Part shown: piece after piece, positions 15,434-31,526 of the stretch
Layout: every line of letters begins with the position of its first letter
How positions within the stretch are numbered: position 1 is the first letter of the stretch
Assembly (NCBI GenBank): GCA_951406725.2
Contig: OX597821.1
Location: forward strand, 2,790,001-2,854,000
Reading direction: 5' to 3'
DNA: 64,000 bases
Source of the DNA: Octopus vulgaris
Lineage: Eukaryota
Translations under genes and position numbers: made by a program
The notes under the pieces: generated by a model
Told to the model about the DNA's origin: nothing
Database searches by the model: none
Seen by the model: only the letters and a program-made list of their open reading frames with translations

Positions 15434-16198
15434 TTAATGCCGCGATACGGTACCGGGCAATGGCTCTTATGGCTTGCGATCGTCACTGATTGGAAGTGCT
15501 ATCATGTATAAATGATTTGTCACTGTGAAAAAGATGGAGATCATCTGCTTAATACAAGAGATGGTCAGTTGTTTGACCTTATCTAATTGTGCATATCCTT
15601 TAGTGATTGAATCAATGTGCGTTTCTGATCACGAGCATAAATAGTTTGTTCCTTCTCGAGCCAAATCTGGCTCATAAGGGCCGGTTTTCCGGTTTCCTTG
15701 GCGTATAGGTTCCACACTTGGACGGGACGCCGGTCCGTCGCAGATGAGCTGCAAGATGCAGGAGGAAAGGGTGAGAGAACGTTGCGGCGAAAAGTCAGCA
15801 GAAGTTCGCCATTGCCTTCTGCCGGAGCCGCGTGGAGCTTAGGTGCTTCGCTCATAAAAATAAGCAGAGGTAGTGGACAGCATCATAGCCATATGTTGAA
15901 AGGAATTCTTTGGGGTATGAGTAATTCAGACTTGGAAACATGGGTGTTTCGTTCAACATCCTTAAAAAGCCCTTATTCAAGGACCATTTGAACGGGACGG
16001 GCTAGTCGATCTGATGAAAATTCTAACGGGCTCCATCTTCAAGGTCATGTGCTCTGTATCTTGACATGAGATCACAATGAGGTGTACATATAGTTGTTAT
16101 GCATGTGCCTAGGGTACGCTTATAGCAATGATGAGTTTACTAGGCTACGTAAATTTTACCGCGGTACCACTTTGATGGTATGCGCTGCTCTCAAACTC
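15434..16198 (+). mobile_element. ~550-bp non-coding (TAA)n-associated element interrupted by a SINE
   Basis: Both ends match 25093-25320; the 3' end runs into (AAT)n. Confidence 0.7.
15645..15861 (-). mobile_element. 5'-truncated SINE (tail A type) nested in the element above
   Basis: Reverse complement matches body and tail of 13905-14230; possible degenerate 12-bp TSD at 15633-15644 and 15862-15873. Confidence 0.75.
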
Positions 16199-16206
16199 AA
16201 TAATAC

Positions 16207-16244
<38 letters not shown>

Positions 16245-16275
16245 TAATAATAATAATAATAATAACAACAACAAC

Positions 16276-16396
<121 letters not shown>

Positions 16397-16435
16397 GTAA
16401 TAATAATAATAATAATAATATTAATAATAATAATA

Positions 16436-17161
16436 AAGACCAAAGCCTCCCCACCAGAAATTACCAAAAGCATGTAATGAAAATAAATATAACAAGTAAC
16501 TGCAGAATATGTGGAGATGGACAAGAAACAATAAATCATATTATCTCTGGCTGCCCAGTCCTGGCTAAGAAGGAATATATTCACAGACACGACAGAGTTG
16601 GGACCTACGTAAACTGTAAGCTATGCTAACATTATGGAATAACAACAGAAAAAAGATGGTATAGGAACACACCAGAAAAGGTCACAGAAAACGAGAAAGC
16701 AACCATACTCTAGGATATGCCAATACACACAGATAGAGAAATTAAGGCCAACAGACCAGATAGAGTTGTCAGAGATTATGAAGAAAAAAAGGGCTTTCTA
16801 ATTGATGTGTCAATACCATCAGATGACAACGTGTTTCTAAAAGACATTGAGAAACTTTCAAAATACAAAGACCTAGAGATAACCAGAATGTGGAATCTAA
16901 AAACAGAAACAATTCCTATCATAGTAGGTGCATTAGGCATGATAAAAAAATATTCAGACAAATACATAACAAAAACAACGGGACTTACAAACACATATAA
17001 CATACAGAAAATTGCACTACTAGGCACTGCACACATCCAACGCAGAACACTTTCTATACAGTAACCATCAGAGCATCACAACAAATCACAGCACATACCG
17101 AAGGCACACAGAACTGCGCTCGGTAGTGAAGTGAAAGCACGCTATAAATATAAAACTACTG
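16436..17161 (+). mobile_element. R4/Dong-like RLE non-LTR retrotransposon, 5'-truncated (lineage A)
   Basis: CCHC knuckle CRICGDGQETINHIISGC, RHD, ANRPD, IDVSIP...EKLSKYKDL, PIIVGALG; in-frame stops; flanked by (AAT)n and (ATG)n. Confidence 0.92.
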
Positions 17162-17162
17162 A

Positions 17163-17263
<101 letters not shown>

Positions 17264-17264
17264 C

Positions 17265-17465
17265 CTTTCCAGATTTGAAATCTGGAGCGAGTCAATTGCA
17301 TCGACAAGTCAATTGCATCGACCCAGCGTTTCACTTAACTTATCAACCGTGAAAGAATGGAAGGCAAAGTCGACCATGATGGAATTTGAACCCAGAACGT
17401 ATATACAGACGGACGAACTTGCACTAAGCATCTTACCCGGCATGCTAACGATTGTTAGCTGTTGT
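17265..17465 (-). mobile_element. SINE, 'ggcgagctggcagaa' family
   Basis: gaatggaaggcaaagtcgacc...ctaagcatcttacccggcatgctaacg matches the 59175-59762 copies. Confidence 0.75.
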
Positions 17466-17979
17466 GGAAAGAGACAGTGTGTAATCTTTGACATGAAAGA
17501 TCCTCTCCGTTCTCAAAGAATTAACCAGAGCAAGTTAGATCAAAGCCCCGAAAAGTTAGATATAATAATACCCATAATGCTATTTTTATCATTCGTAGCA
17601 GTAACGTCAGTATTCTTATTGTTGCGTTGTGCATCATATACTTCTTTGTTATTGCTATTGCATCCGAACATGTTATTACTGCATCAATGGATCTGCCAAG
17701 ACAGCAGTTAACCAATATCTCATTTCGTTAAGATATATCTTAATGCCTCACGGAATATATTAATGAGTTACATATAGAAGGAGCCCTCCCTTGATTTGTG
17801 ATGATAAAGTCAAGGCATATCTATATTTTCCTTCATTTTTTTTTGTATAATTCTTTCCGTCTCAATTATACATGGCCACCGATATACATGGTTCGTGACT
17901 ATAAATAATCGGGTTGTCTGTCTAAAAGAACCCATTATGAGAAGAGATATCTTGCCTCAGAATCAGCGCAATTATTGTT

Positions 17980-19355
<1,376 letters not shown>

Positions 19356-20403
19356 GACAATGATAAAGTGTCGGATTACCTGCTTTCTGTGTGACTATGG
19401 AAACATTATTCATTAAATTCATTTAAAGATGCCCGTGTCCTTCCTTAATATAACTTTTTTTTTATACTTTCATCTGTACTATTTGTATTCTGGTGTACAC
19501 CAAGAAGTCTTTCTTTAATATTACTTCATGTCTGTGTCACTTTATTATATTAATTTACATTATTTTATTGTTACTTTATATTATTCTATATTTTATATAA
19601 TTTCTTCTCGAAATTGGTTTCATATTTTCTTTCCTTTCACTGTTTCATTCGTTGCATGTTTTCTTGATTTATATTTTTATTTTTTTCAATTGTAGTTCTG
19701 TTTATTATTGTGTTATTGTGTAAATTTATATCAATTATAATTAATTCATTTCGCTGCTCTGCAATTATTATTTTTTCCGTAGTTCTTTAAAGTATTATTT
19801 ATTTTTCTTTTTTACATTAATGTTCCATTTTTCATGCTAAATTATAACTTGTTCATTTGTAGGCAGGTTTATTCGTCAGCGTTTCATTTCGGTTAGACTT
19901 TTCTTTTCTATTATCTCACGTTTTTTTTTATTAGTGCTCTTCCACATTACTTTGTTTCTCTAATTTCATTATCTGCCTCCACATCAGTTAATTCATGACG
20001 TACACAGTAGGAAAGATAGGGAGAGTGAACGACAGCGGGGTGTAGAGTGAGAGAAAAGGAGGGATGGAAAGAGAGAGAGAGAGCGAGAGAGAGAGAGAGA
20101 AAGAGAGAGAGATGGGGGAAGATTTTCCTAGTTACCCGTTAATATTTGATAGACTGCTGGTAATTTCGAATTGCCGTGTATTTCAGAAGTGTCCCTGTTT
20201 ATTTTCAATGAAACTTATACCGTAGTATGTCTTTTTTAAAGAATATATATTTATTCCACATACTTCAGTGTATCTAATCTATTAGTGAAATGGGTAACAC
20301 GTCTGAAATTTGGTGCACTCAACACCTATACAACACCTATACTATATCTATATGGGTAACAAAATTACATCTCAGTAATGTTGGGAATATATATATATAT
20401 GTG

Positions 20404-20449
<46 letters not shown>

Positions 20450-21124
20450 CTGTGTGCGTGTGTGTGTATGTGTGTATGTGTGTGCGTGTATATATATATG
20501 TATAAAAATCATGATCCGGTGGAAGTTTCACTATTTATGGAAAAGTTTATATGAAAAGTTATATATTTACATTTGTGTGTGTATGTGTGTGTGCCTGCGA
20601 ATGGATGTGCGTGCCTGCATTACATCGTTGGTCTAATGATAGTCATATTGCGGTTTCCATTCCTAGAATGGACATCGTGTCCTTGAGCAAAATATTTCAT
20701 TTCAGACTGGTCCATTCCACAGTTGGTAAAATGGTAAAAATGAGTAATCTTTCGAAAGACTGGCATCTTCTCCACGAAGAAGTCCTCATATCCATGAAAT
20801 TCATTAGGTACCACTGCAAAATTTTGTACATCGACATATATTTAATTCACCAAAAAAATAATGTTAGTCGTTAATATAAAACAGGAGATATTATAGACTG
20901 TGAGTAGCAATACGAAAATAATTATATGTATGCTAGTAACGAAGGAAGCGCCACGTGACAAAAGTCATATCACTTTGGAAGAGTTTCAAAGCATATTTCT
21001 ATCCCAAATCCATGTTACATGAACCAAACGAACATGTAAACTCTGTAGTTAGAAAAACAACATCGTTTACCAGATTTGACTGTACTCTAAATTGTTTTTG
21101 TAAATATAAGTTATATAAAAGATA

Positions 21125-21447
21125 GGAGACCCCCTTCGGTCATGAATGATCATGGCACTGCAGTTACCCTCCGAGTCTACATTGATTTTATTGAAGGCCA
21201 GCAGTCGCCCATGCATATCAGCTTCCGCTCTCCACACTACCGATATTATCCAAGGGAAAGACATGGGCCGATACAACTTGGCACCAGTGTTGTCGCAACT
21301 CATTTCTACAGCTGAGTTAACTGGAGCAACGTGAAATAAATTGTCTTGCTCGGAACACAACAGGCAGCCCGGCCTAGTCCAGGAATCGAACTCACAACCT
21401 CACGATCGTAAGCTCGATGCTCTAAGCACTGAGCGATGCGCCTTCAT
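21125..21447 (-). mobile_element. tRNA-derived SINE, second head type, tail C
   Basis: Minus-strand head tgaaggcgcatcgctcagtgcttagagc...gagttcgattcctgg with A and B boxes; tail shared with 55614-55810. Confidence 0.85.
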
Positions 21448-21749
21448 TATAAAAGTTATAAAGACTAGATTTCATTAACTTGCCCTGGGTCAACATTCTT
21501 TTCTGAACATTCCAGACAAGTAACTTATAGAATAACGCCGTCTTTAAAGCAGTGACTTTTGAATTTGGGAAAATATATCGATGCTTTTAGAGTTCATCAC
21601 GTGAGGTCGTGAAGGAGTTTTGGGTTACAAATATTGGAGAACAGAAAATAATGTGCGGTATTAATTGATTGCAAAATGAATTTCACTCCCTGTCTACACT
21701 TAGTATAGTCTATGCTCTGTCCTACTTAATATAAGTATGAGTCACTTTG

Positions 21750-22125
21750 CTCTTTCTCACTTTTACTTGTTTCAGCCATTTGACTGCAGCCATGCTGGAG
21801 TAGCACCTTTGGAAGCCTAGTACTTATTCTGTCTCTCTCTTTTGCCGAACCGCTAAGTTCGTGGACGTAAATACACCAGAACTGGTTGTCAAGCGATGTT
21901 GGCAAGGGGACAGACACACACACGTATAAACACACATACATATACATATACAACTATACGACGGGCTTCTTTCAGTTTCCGTCTACCAAATCCACTTACA
22001 AGGCTTTGGTCGGACCGAGACTATACAATAAGCCAGTTGCCCAAGGTGCCACGTAGTGGGAATGAACCCGGAACCATGTGGTTCGTAAGCAAGCAACTTA
22101 CCACACAGTCATTCCTACGGCACTT
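21750..22125 (-). mobile_element. CORE-like tRNA-derived SINE with an internal (CA/TA)n tract
   Basis: Matches 32870-33300; accttgggcaa CORE-like motif. Confidence 0.85.
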
Positions 22126-22597
22126 TCTTCACTTATGAGGACTTACAAGGACACGACATTTGTAAATCATAACATGGGGAATGATATCATAAAACCTAAT
22201 TAATATTGCTTCAACTTGCAATCTCTGTTGGTAACTAACCTCACACAAATGTCCTACAGGTCACTGTAATTGCTAGAAGAAGCAGCAAAACCACTTTCGA
22301 ACCCAACTTAACATAACTATGACAAGGACAGTGACAAAGTGGTTTTAAACTTTGTAAATGAAATATTCATGAATCGAATGATTTTGATCGTGAGTTAAAA
22401 CAAAACTTCTTCTTGGTCCAGTCAGGAATTTCATCATCTCACAAACCAAATTTCGATTTCTCTTGGACTAAGTTTCAATTTTCCAACATTGTAAACCCCA
22501 AATAGATGGATTAGGATGTTTAGATTCTTTCCAATTCTTTTCTCCTAAAATGTGTAAAAGTTGTGGAGAAGAAATGTCCAGATATGTATCTCATAAA

Positions 22598-22726
<129 letters not shown>

Positions 22727-22768
22727 GTGTGTGTGTGTGTGTGTGTGTGTGCCTGATATAGTGTTTAC

Positions 22769-23039
22769 CAACTTTCAGTTGCATGCAATGAAATGTACAA
22801 AGCATGAAGAATCGAAAGCTGAGTAAATAATTCAATATCGATTTGCGATCAAGGAAACGCGCTTTCGTCATCGCTAACTCTTTCTTTCTAGAATATTGCA
22901 TCTTCTGGAAGGAAACCACTATTATTTCATACCTTATGTTGTAACTTAAAATAACGATCGGCGTCGATTTTCGTTTTCATCCATCCGGGAGACGATAAAT
23001 AATAGAAGAAAGTTGAGTCAAGTAAAACGCCTGTACTCT
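22769..23039 (-). CDS. Candidate host exon: 5'UTR plus signal-peptide-like N-terminus (MTKARFLDRKSILNYLLSFRFFMLCTFHCMQLKV, phase-1 donor)
   Basis: Long pyrimidine tract ending ttttcaag at 23040; donor TTG|gtaaac at 22768; alternative donor AAG|gtatga at 22932; unique, non-repeat sequence. No homology recognised. Confidence 0.3.
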
Positions 23040-23715
23040 CTTGAAAAAACATAAAAAAAGAAAGAAAAGTATATTATAACAATGAACATTTGCATGAGGA
23101 AAAGAGAGAAACATGCTAGCAATGCATTTGTTGATAACAAATAAGATGTAGCATAGATTTTGATATTATTGATGTCAATAAACGGGTTGATATCCTTTTC
23201 TTGTTTATCGTTCATCTTCGTTTGCTTTGCTTTGATTTTTGTCAGTGCTGAAAGTAAATTGTTTCCCCATTGCCACAAAATATTTCTTCCCATGGTCCGT
23301 TGGTTGAGAATCTAAACAGTAAAGTACGATATTATATTTATCCAGCTTTCTTTTTTTCCGATTGAGAATTTTTTTTTTCGATTCGGTTATTTAAGCAAAG
23401 AGAAACCAAAAAAACACAAACAAAAAAACTAGGAAGGAATAATTCGTAACTTTGGAACCGACGAACGAAGTTGGCAAGGACACACTTGTAAGGAGAGTCT
23501 TATGCGAATCTCACAGTTGAATAATATGTATATATATATTTATATTGGAAACATCTAAAAATGACAAGGAAGCCGAAGCTGTTGTGCTCTCTCTGTGATT
23601 CTACGGTAAATGGATTTGTCAGAAAGATGTTATCGTATTTCACTATCATAAACAGAAACCTTATAATTACAACCACCACCACCACAATCATCACATCATC
23701 ATCATCATCATCACC

Positions 23716-23749
<34 letters not shown>

Positions 23750-23780
23750 TCATCATCACCACCACCACCACACCACCACC

Positions 23781-23814
<34 letters not shown>

Positions 23815-24032
23815 TCATCATCACCACCAAGAACGCCGCCGCCGTCGACGTCATCCTCACCGTTGTCACACTCATCATATTTCATAGAAGGTGATCTAAA
23901 AATGATAGCGGTCATGATAAACATCTGCATCGACCACTCCTGCTCCAGCACATCTTCATCAGCATCAGCATCATCATAATCAACATAATGCTAAAGATGA
24001 CGCTGATAATAATTATAATGATGATGATGATG

Positions 24033-24101
<69 letters not shown>

Positions 24102-24127
24102 GTAATAATAATCATAATAATAATAAC

Positions 24128-24189
<62 letters not shown>

Positions 24190-24237
24190 TAATAATAATA
24201 ATAACAATAATAATAACAATAATAATAATAATAATAA

Positions 24238-25092
<855 letters not shown>

Positions 25093-25093
<1 letters not shown>

Positions 25094-25320
25094 AATGTCC
25101 CGATGCACTACCAGGCAGGGACTCTCATGGATTCTGATCTTAATTGATTGGTCCTACCTGCAAGGTCATGCACTGTTTTACTCGATATGAGATCACTGTG
25201 TCACGCACATATGGTTGTGATTCATGTGCTTGGTGTACCCTTATCAAACGGGTAGTCATGATGGGTATTCTGGGCTTCGTATATTTTACCCCAGTGCCAC
25301 TTTGATGGCTTGCATTGCTA
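25093..25320 (+). mobile_element. Internally deleted copy of the (TAA)n-associated non-coding element
   Basis: First ~60 nt match 15434-15495; remainder matches ~16030-16190. Confidence 0.75.
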
Positions 25321-25510
25321 CCAACTGGGTTGGTAAAGGCGCTGCCTATCCCTTGGCACATTTATCGAGACCAAATGCCGATGTCATCATCGAATGCTTT
25401 CAGAGTACTCAATAACCCTTCGACTACTACCTACCTATTATCATCTTTGTCATAGAGTTTTAAGTCATCTGTTGTTGTTGTTGTTGCTGTTATTATTATT
25501 ATCATTATTA

Positions 25511-25622
<112 letters not shown>

Positions 25623-25633
25623 CATCGTCATCA

Positions 25634-26260
25634 TTGCATTTGCACAGCTTCTAACTCTAGAGATGTACTACAGTGTCAGATGTTCACTACCAGTGAACTA
25701 AAATAACACCTCTGATTTTTCGAGCACCTTCCTGAGTTTTCGAGCGGTTCCAAGTAGTGCTCTGTTCTGCATGAGCTCCACCTCCTCCTCCTCCTTCTTC
25801 TTCTTCTTCTTCTTCTTCTTCTTCTTCTTCTTCTTCTTCTTCTTCTTCTTCTTCTTCTTCTTCTTCTTCTTCTTCTTCTTCTTCTATATCTTCACATTTC
25901 CCACTTCAAATGGTCATAATTGTTTATATTTTGTGTCTTCGTTCAAATTGATCCTGTTGTCACGGGGCAAGCTATGTCAACTATAATGCATGTTCTTTCC
26001 TTTTTATTCACCACAACAATGTCCAGTTTCCGATGTCTGATCAGGTGAACTTACTGGATTATTGTATTCCACAGAAGTCTGCAATTATCCTTCTCGGTAA
26101 CTCATGTTCGCGCTTGCTCATACGATGTTTATTGTCTTTGCAGCCCGTAATTTCCACAGAGCTCCCAGTGGATCATTTTTCCCACATTGTCATGTCGTCT
26201 TTTGTATTTGCATTGCGCCAATTTCGGGCACTTGCTAATGATGTAGAAATATTTAGAATC
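25634..26260 (-). mobile_element. R4/Dong-like relic (lineage B) interrupted by (TTC)n
   Basis: Minus strand KCPKLAQCKYKRRHDNVGKMIHWELC and C-terminal ALLGTARKLRKVLEK; 3'UTR matches 49380-49533; ends at (AAT)n. Confidence 0.75.
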
Positions 26261-26941
26261 TTTTAAAACAATCACTTCGAGTTCCTCTCTACGTGTATAA
26301 AGAGAGAAGAGAGGTAAAGGGTATTCTCTCTTGCAAATGACAAAATTTGGTGTGTCCAACACAACTAGATGTTGAATTCAACCCCAGTATTGCTGCCGAG
26401 GCAAAACAACTTCTCGACGTGTGAAGTCGTAGCGTTTTGCTATATCATTATAAAACTTTGGGAGCAGGTGTATCCGCAAATATTTAAAATGTTAACGGTT
26501 TGCAACATATTTCTTTCACTGTATAACAAAACGTTTCACGTTTGTGTAAAGAATTCATAAAAACCTCCTTTGACTATATGAGTGATACCACACAGTTTTC
26601 ATTAGAACATATGTATTATTAATACGTCTATAATTATACGTTTTCGTGGTTGTCTGCAGATCCCCGAGGTCGTCAGGACAAAGGCATTGTGTATAGCTAT
26701 CATCGCTTTACTCTCTGCTTTCAAATCCCGCAATGGGTCACTTCACCTTACATCCGATGCTGGTCATTAAAGATAACTGACAAATGTTGGGTTGGGTGGT
26801 ATAGATTAACCTCCTCTACCACCACCACAACAACACATCAAGCCGTGTACCTATTCCACGAAATCTTTAGCAATTAGTACACATTGTTCTGTCAATATAT
26901 ATAAGGGACTTGTGGTTATTAAAGTAACGATTATAATGTAT

Positions 26942-27547
26942 ATCAATAGAACAGTCCTTGGATGAAAATTGTATGCACATTTTGCTTTGACGGTTAATGG
27001 TAGCCAAAGTGAGGCTAGGATCGAGCTGAAAATTGGCAGGGATAGTAAATGCGTGGTGAGGATGAGACCCTCGATGGTTAAAATTCGCAAGCTATGAAGA
27101 TGTGGTTGCTATGGCAACAAGAGTGATTTTTTTCTATCGATTCCAGGAAGCCCAGAGCCCCTCTGCGATTGGCTTAATTTCAATACTAAGAAGTGGTAAT
27201 AAAAATACAGTCATATTAAAAAAACTAAAAGACATTGTTACCGTTTTAACTTCCCATGTCGAACATTAATCAGTAAAGGACACCGGGCATTAAAGGGGGA
27301 TAACTCTTAGCAGCTAAACCAATAATATTATCTTGTATATATTATCTATATCTATAGAACAGTCCTTGGACGAAAATTGTCTGCACATTTTGCTTTGTCG
27401 GTTAATGGCGGCCAAACCGAGGCTAGGATCGAGCTGAAAATTGGCAGGGATAGTAAATGCATGGTGAAGATGATACCCTCGATGGTTAGAATTCGCAAGC
27501 TATAAAGATGTGGCTACTATGGAAAAAAGAGTGACTTTTTATCGATT
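26942..27547. repeat. ~200-bp direct repeat (26942-27142 and 27350-27547), probable Helitron 5' termini
   Basis: tagaacagtccttgga.gaaaattgt...gaggctaggatcgagctgaaaattggcagggatagtaaatgc... x2; the second copy starts at a|tctatatctata. Confidence 0.85.
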
Positions 27548-27796
27548 GAAGGGGTTTGTGCGACTGGCTTTTAAAACCCAGCGGCATGCACTGCTTAATA
27601 AACATACATTTTTTTCGCGAAATTCAGGCTAGTAGGAAACGATTCTTGATTGTGAAAAAACGAGTGCTTTTTGCCCTTATTTTCTTTTTAATCTTCTCCA
27701 TAAATCAATTATCGTAAACATTTCTACCATGACCTCACATATTCTATGTATGTGTGTGTACCTTAAAAGACATGATTACCAAGAGTTCCAATAGAA

Positions 27797-28095
27797 TTGA
27801 ATGGTGCGGCCGCCGTTCAAGATGTTCTTATAACTCAAATGTTCCTCACTCCCTCCGATACGATCTTCATGATTAAGCGGCCTCAATTTCCTATCAATCG
27901 CACCACTGCAATGACAATAAATAAGGCACAGGGTCAATCATTGCAAATGGTTCGTTTAAATCTCACAGAGCAAGTGTTCTCCCACGCTCAAATTTACGTT
28001 GGATGCTCTCGTTTTGTCAAGCCACAATGTCTATACATTTGTGCATCAGAAGCGAAAACGCGAAACGTTGCCCACAAAGAAGTGGTCCATGAAAA
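27797..28095 (+). pseudogene. Helitron RepHel Pif1-helicase C-terminal fragment
   Basis: KRPQFPINRTTAMTINKAQGQSL...VFSHAQIYVGCSR...TRNVAHKEV matches the Pif1 consensus RxQFP..AMTINKSQGQ..FSHGQLYVAxSR..TxNxVYxEV. Confidence 0.9.
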
Positions 28096-28814
28096 GACAG
28101 CATTTCTTCACATCTTTCAATTACACCAGTCATCTGCCCCCTCAAAAGCTTCGTAGTCTCCGGGCCAGCCTACGCAACTCAATGACACACACCTTCACTC
28201 ACTCACTCTATCTATCTTTCTCACCCTCTTTCTCTCTCACATAGACACGCGCAAGGACGCACGCGCGCGCTCACACACACACACATACACACAGACGCAC
28301 ACACGTCCATTTCACATACCTTCTTTCAAATTCTGCTCTCTACAAATAAAATTTTTACGGATACAACTGCATACAAAAATAGGGAGTAATGCATAATTTC
28401 TTTATATGTTCATAATTAAATAAACGTTTTAATGATTAGACAGATGTCCAATACAATAGCTCTCAGAAACAGACTACGTACAAATTCTTTCTTCACAACT
28501 CCTGAAGCTGTTTTCTGACAGTGGGGAGAAGAAATTTTCATACAGCTGGACGCTCCAATCGAGACAGGGGACCAGAAATGATAAGGTTTAGAAACGCTAT
28601 TATAGATTATGCCTAACCGAAAACGATCACACCCACATCATCCAAACAGACCGGCTGAGACCGGGCTTATTTTTAATATTATAACTTTCATAATGTATGT
28701 GCATTCGTCAAATTACAACGTTCAGCAAAATAACTTCGGAATTTCTTCCGTCCCTGTAACTTCTGGCTTGAAATCCCTTCAAGGTTATTTCTTCTTTCCA
28801 TTATTTTGATGGCC

Positions 28815-29030
28815 GGTTAGGCGGCTTTTTGGCAGAATGTTTGTACGCCAGATAAAACGACCAACGTCATTTCGAATGTCTTTACTTTCTAGCTTTAAAT
28901 TTCGCCGACTTAACTTTACCTTACGTTGCTTCTAGGCCCAAAATTAAGGACCAGTCAACCAATAGAGTCGATGAAATCAATTATCCCCCAAAATTTCAGG
29001 GCTTGTAACAACAATAGAAGCAATTATTAT
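28815..29030 (+). mobile_element. SINE, 'ggcgagctggcagaa' family, degraded
   Basis: ggcagaatgtttgtacgcc...cccccaaaatttcagggcttgt. Confidence 0.65.
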
Positions 29031-29498
29031 GAGTGGAGGTGATAAACGAATTTCAATACTAGAAACAATTTAATCAATAATTTCCATTCTCCAAACAGAG
29101 AATTCAGACCGCGTTCTTATAGCATAAACAGGTATAATTTTCACTTGTAATATGTTTTCCAGTAGTTTAACAAATGTTTCTTCCCTCCGCTGCCAAGTAT
29201 ATATATATTGGCTTATTTTCATGTTCGAACATGATTCCTTACAGCTTTAGGTTTGTTTTCCTTGTTTAGCTGAACGTCAATGTCGAGTGACGGAACCGTT
29301 ATGACTATAACACCTTTGACCAAATGACAGCTACATCAGCGATAACTATCAGTAAATCAGCCTACACGAATAACAGAATAAGTATGTGCACATTCGAATG
29401 TACGTTGTACAATGCAGAGATGACTTTTAACTGAACCTATAAGAAATACCAGCCATATCTCCCAAAGATATGATCATACCTAATTAGAAAAGCCAAAT

Positions 29499-29573
<75 letters not shown>

Positions 29574-29577
<4 letters not shown>

Positions 29578-29956
29578 GGAAGCACTCCGTCGGTTACGAC
29601 GACAAGGGTTCCGGTTGATCCGATCAACGGAACAGCCTGCTCGTGAAATTAACGTGTAAGTGGCTGAGCACTCCACAGACACGTGTGCCCTTAACGTAGT
29701 TCTTGGGTATATTCAGCGTGACACAGAGAGTGACAAGGCCGGCCCTTTGAAATACAGGTACAACAGAAAGAGGAAGTAAGAGTGAGAGAAAGTTGTGGTG
29801 AAAGAGTACAGCAGGGATCACCACTATCCCTGCCAGAGCCTCGTGGAGCTTTAGGTGTTTTCGCTCAATAAACACTCACAACGCCCGATCTGGGAATCGA
29901 AACCGCGATCCTACGACCCCGAGTCCGCTGCCCTAACCACTGGGCCATTGCGCCTC
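29574..29956 (-). mobile_element. Full-length tRNA(Arg)-derived SINE, tail B
   Basis: Minus-strand head ggaggcgcaatggcccagtggttagggcagcggactcggggtcgtaggatcgcggtttcgattccc; ends at (TA)n. Confidence 0.92.
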
Positions 29957-29992
29957 CCCCCCACACACACACACATTTATATATATATATAT

Positions 29993-30042
<50 letters not shown>

Positions 30043-31492
30043 GAGTGTATTTTTCCCTTGTTAACAATTAACACGGGAAAAACAGATAGTTACCAGGGTA
30101 GCAAAAAATCACACAAGTAATGAGGTTGTAACTCCTTACTTTTAAAGGTAGAAACTTCAGGTTTATGTGAAATTTCGTTATAATAAATAAATAAATAAAT
30201 AAATAAATAAATATGTAATATATAAATAAATATATATATCCCCTCTTCCTGGACATGCGTTGTCTTTTGCTTGAATGCAGTTGGGCAGAGATGTGCTCGT
30301 TCGGGGCTGTTATAGGAGACATCCCAACAAGCAAAATGAATAATGCACGGTTACACCTGTTGGTATAGCGGGAAAATAAACTCAGGAATGCATGATTCAA
30401 ATCTTTATTTATATTGTAAAAATCCAGTGAGAAGAATAAAGAAGAGGAGAATTCATCTAAGGAAAACGTGCATAAATTACTTGTAGAAAAATGATGCTTG
30501 ACAAACTTGATTGCATATAATTTGTTTTGGATTTCCTTATTAAAACTTGATTTATTTTAGTTTTCACAGTATGACATTAAGATTTTTTTTATTATCTAAT
30601 TTTCTTATAAATTACTTCTATATTTTTGTGCATTTCGTAATTAGAATTTTATAGTTTTTAATTGGCAATCATTCCGTAATTAAATCAGCTTTGACATTGT
30701 TATTTGCAGCAGGTTGAATAGGGAAAAAGAATGAAACATCCGTCATTAGGAAAATGCATTAAATATTGACAATGGTAAACGTTAATACATTGAGGCGTAA
30801 ACATATGGTAGTACGCCATGTTAACGGAGAAGAAAAATACGGAAAAAGTAGCGAATTTTAAAAAAAAAGCCTCTACAAAGGTTATAAAGAAAAGAGAAAA
30901 AATGAAATTCGAGAAAGGAAACAATAATTTTAATTTGACATAGGACTCTGATTGGACAGCCTGTATCTAATTAAAATCAAATGTTGTAACCGAAAAGATC
31001 AAGATTCATGCATATATAGCAGGAAAACTAAAAAGAGAAAAAAAACCCCAGATAAAATGAAATAAGAAACATGGACGTAAATACGTATAAAATAAAACTG
31101 CAAATGCAAGAAATATCAATGTGTAAAACAATATAAAACAGATCCTGGAATAAAACAAAAGATAGGAGACCGGATATAAGGAAAATAAAATGGAAGTTTT
31201 ATTTCTTGAGATGTAACAAAATAAATGACATTTTTAAAGAGAATAGTAAAGAAGCGGAGTAGAATTCTTTTTCTTGTTGAATGTCGTCTGTGTTTTTTTC
31301 AGGGGGTTATTTATTTGTCTTTTTTCTTAGTATTATGTTCAATGCGAATGCAATGGTAAATCCGATACTAAACAGCAAATCGGAGCCATTTCCATTATAT
31401 CTAAATCATTCTCTATGAAACACATATAATAAAATACAGAAATATATAAGATGCAGATGATGATTTCAAATGCAATCCCTGCATAAATGCTG

Positions 31493-31526
<34 letters not shown>

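Noticed and set aside
19357-19985. T-rich block that might be an old LINE relic on the minus strand
   Set aside because: No reproducible RT or endonuclease motif could be read
27797-28156. Host PIF1 helicase exon
   Set aside because: Degenerate motifs, a Helitron-type TxNxVYxEV C-terminus and no splice context
29885-29956. tRNA-Arg-like sequence (also at 13905 and ~21380-21447)
   Set aside because: Continues into SINE body and lacks a full acceptor stem; these are SINE heads, not tRNA genes
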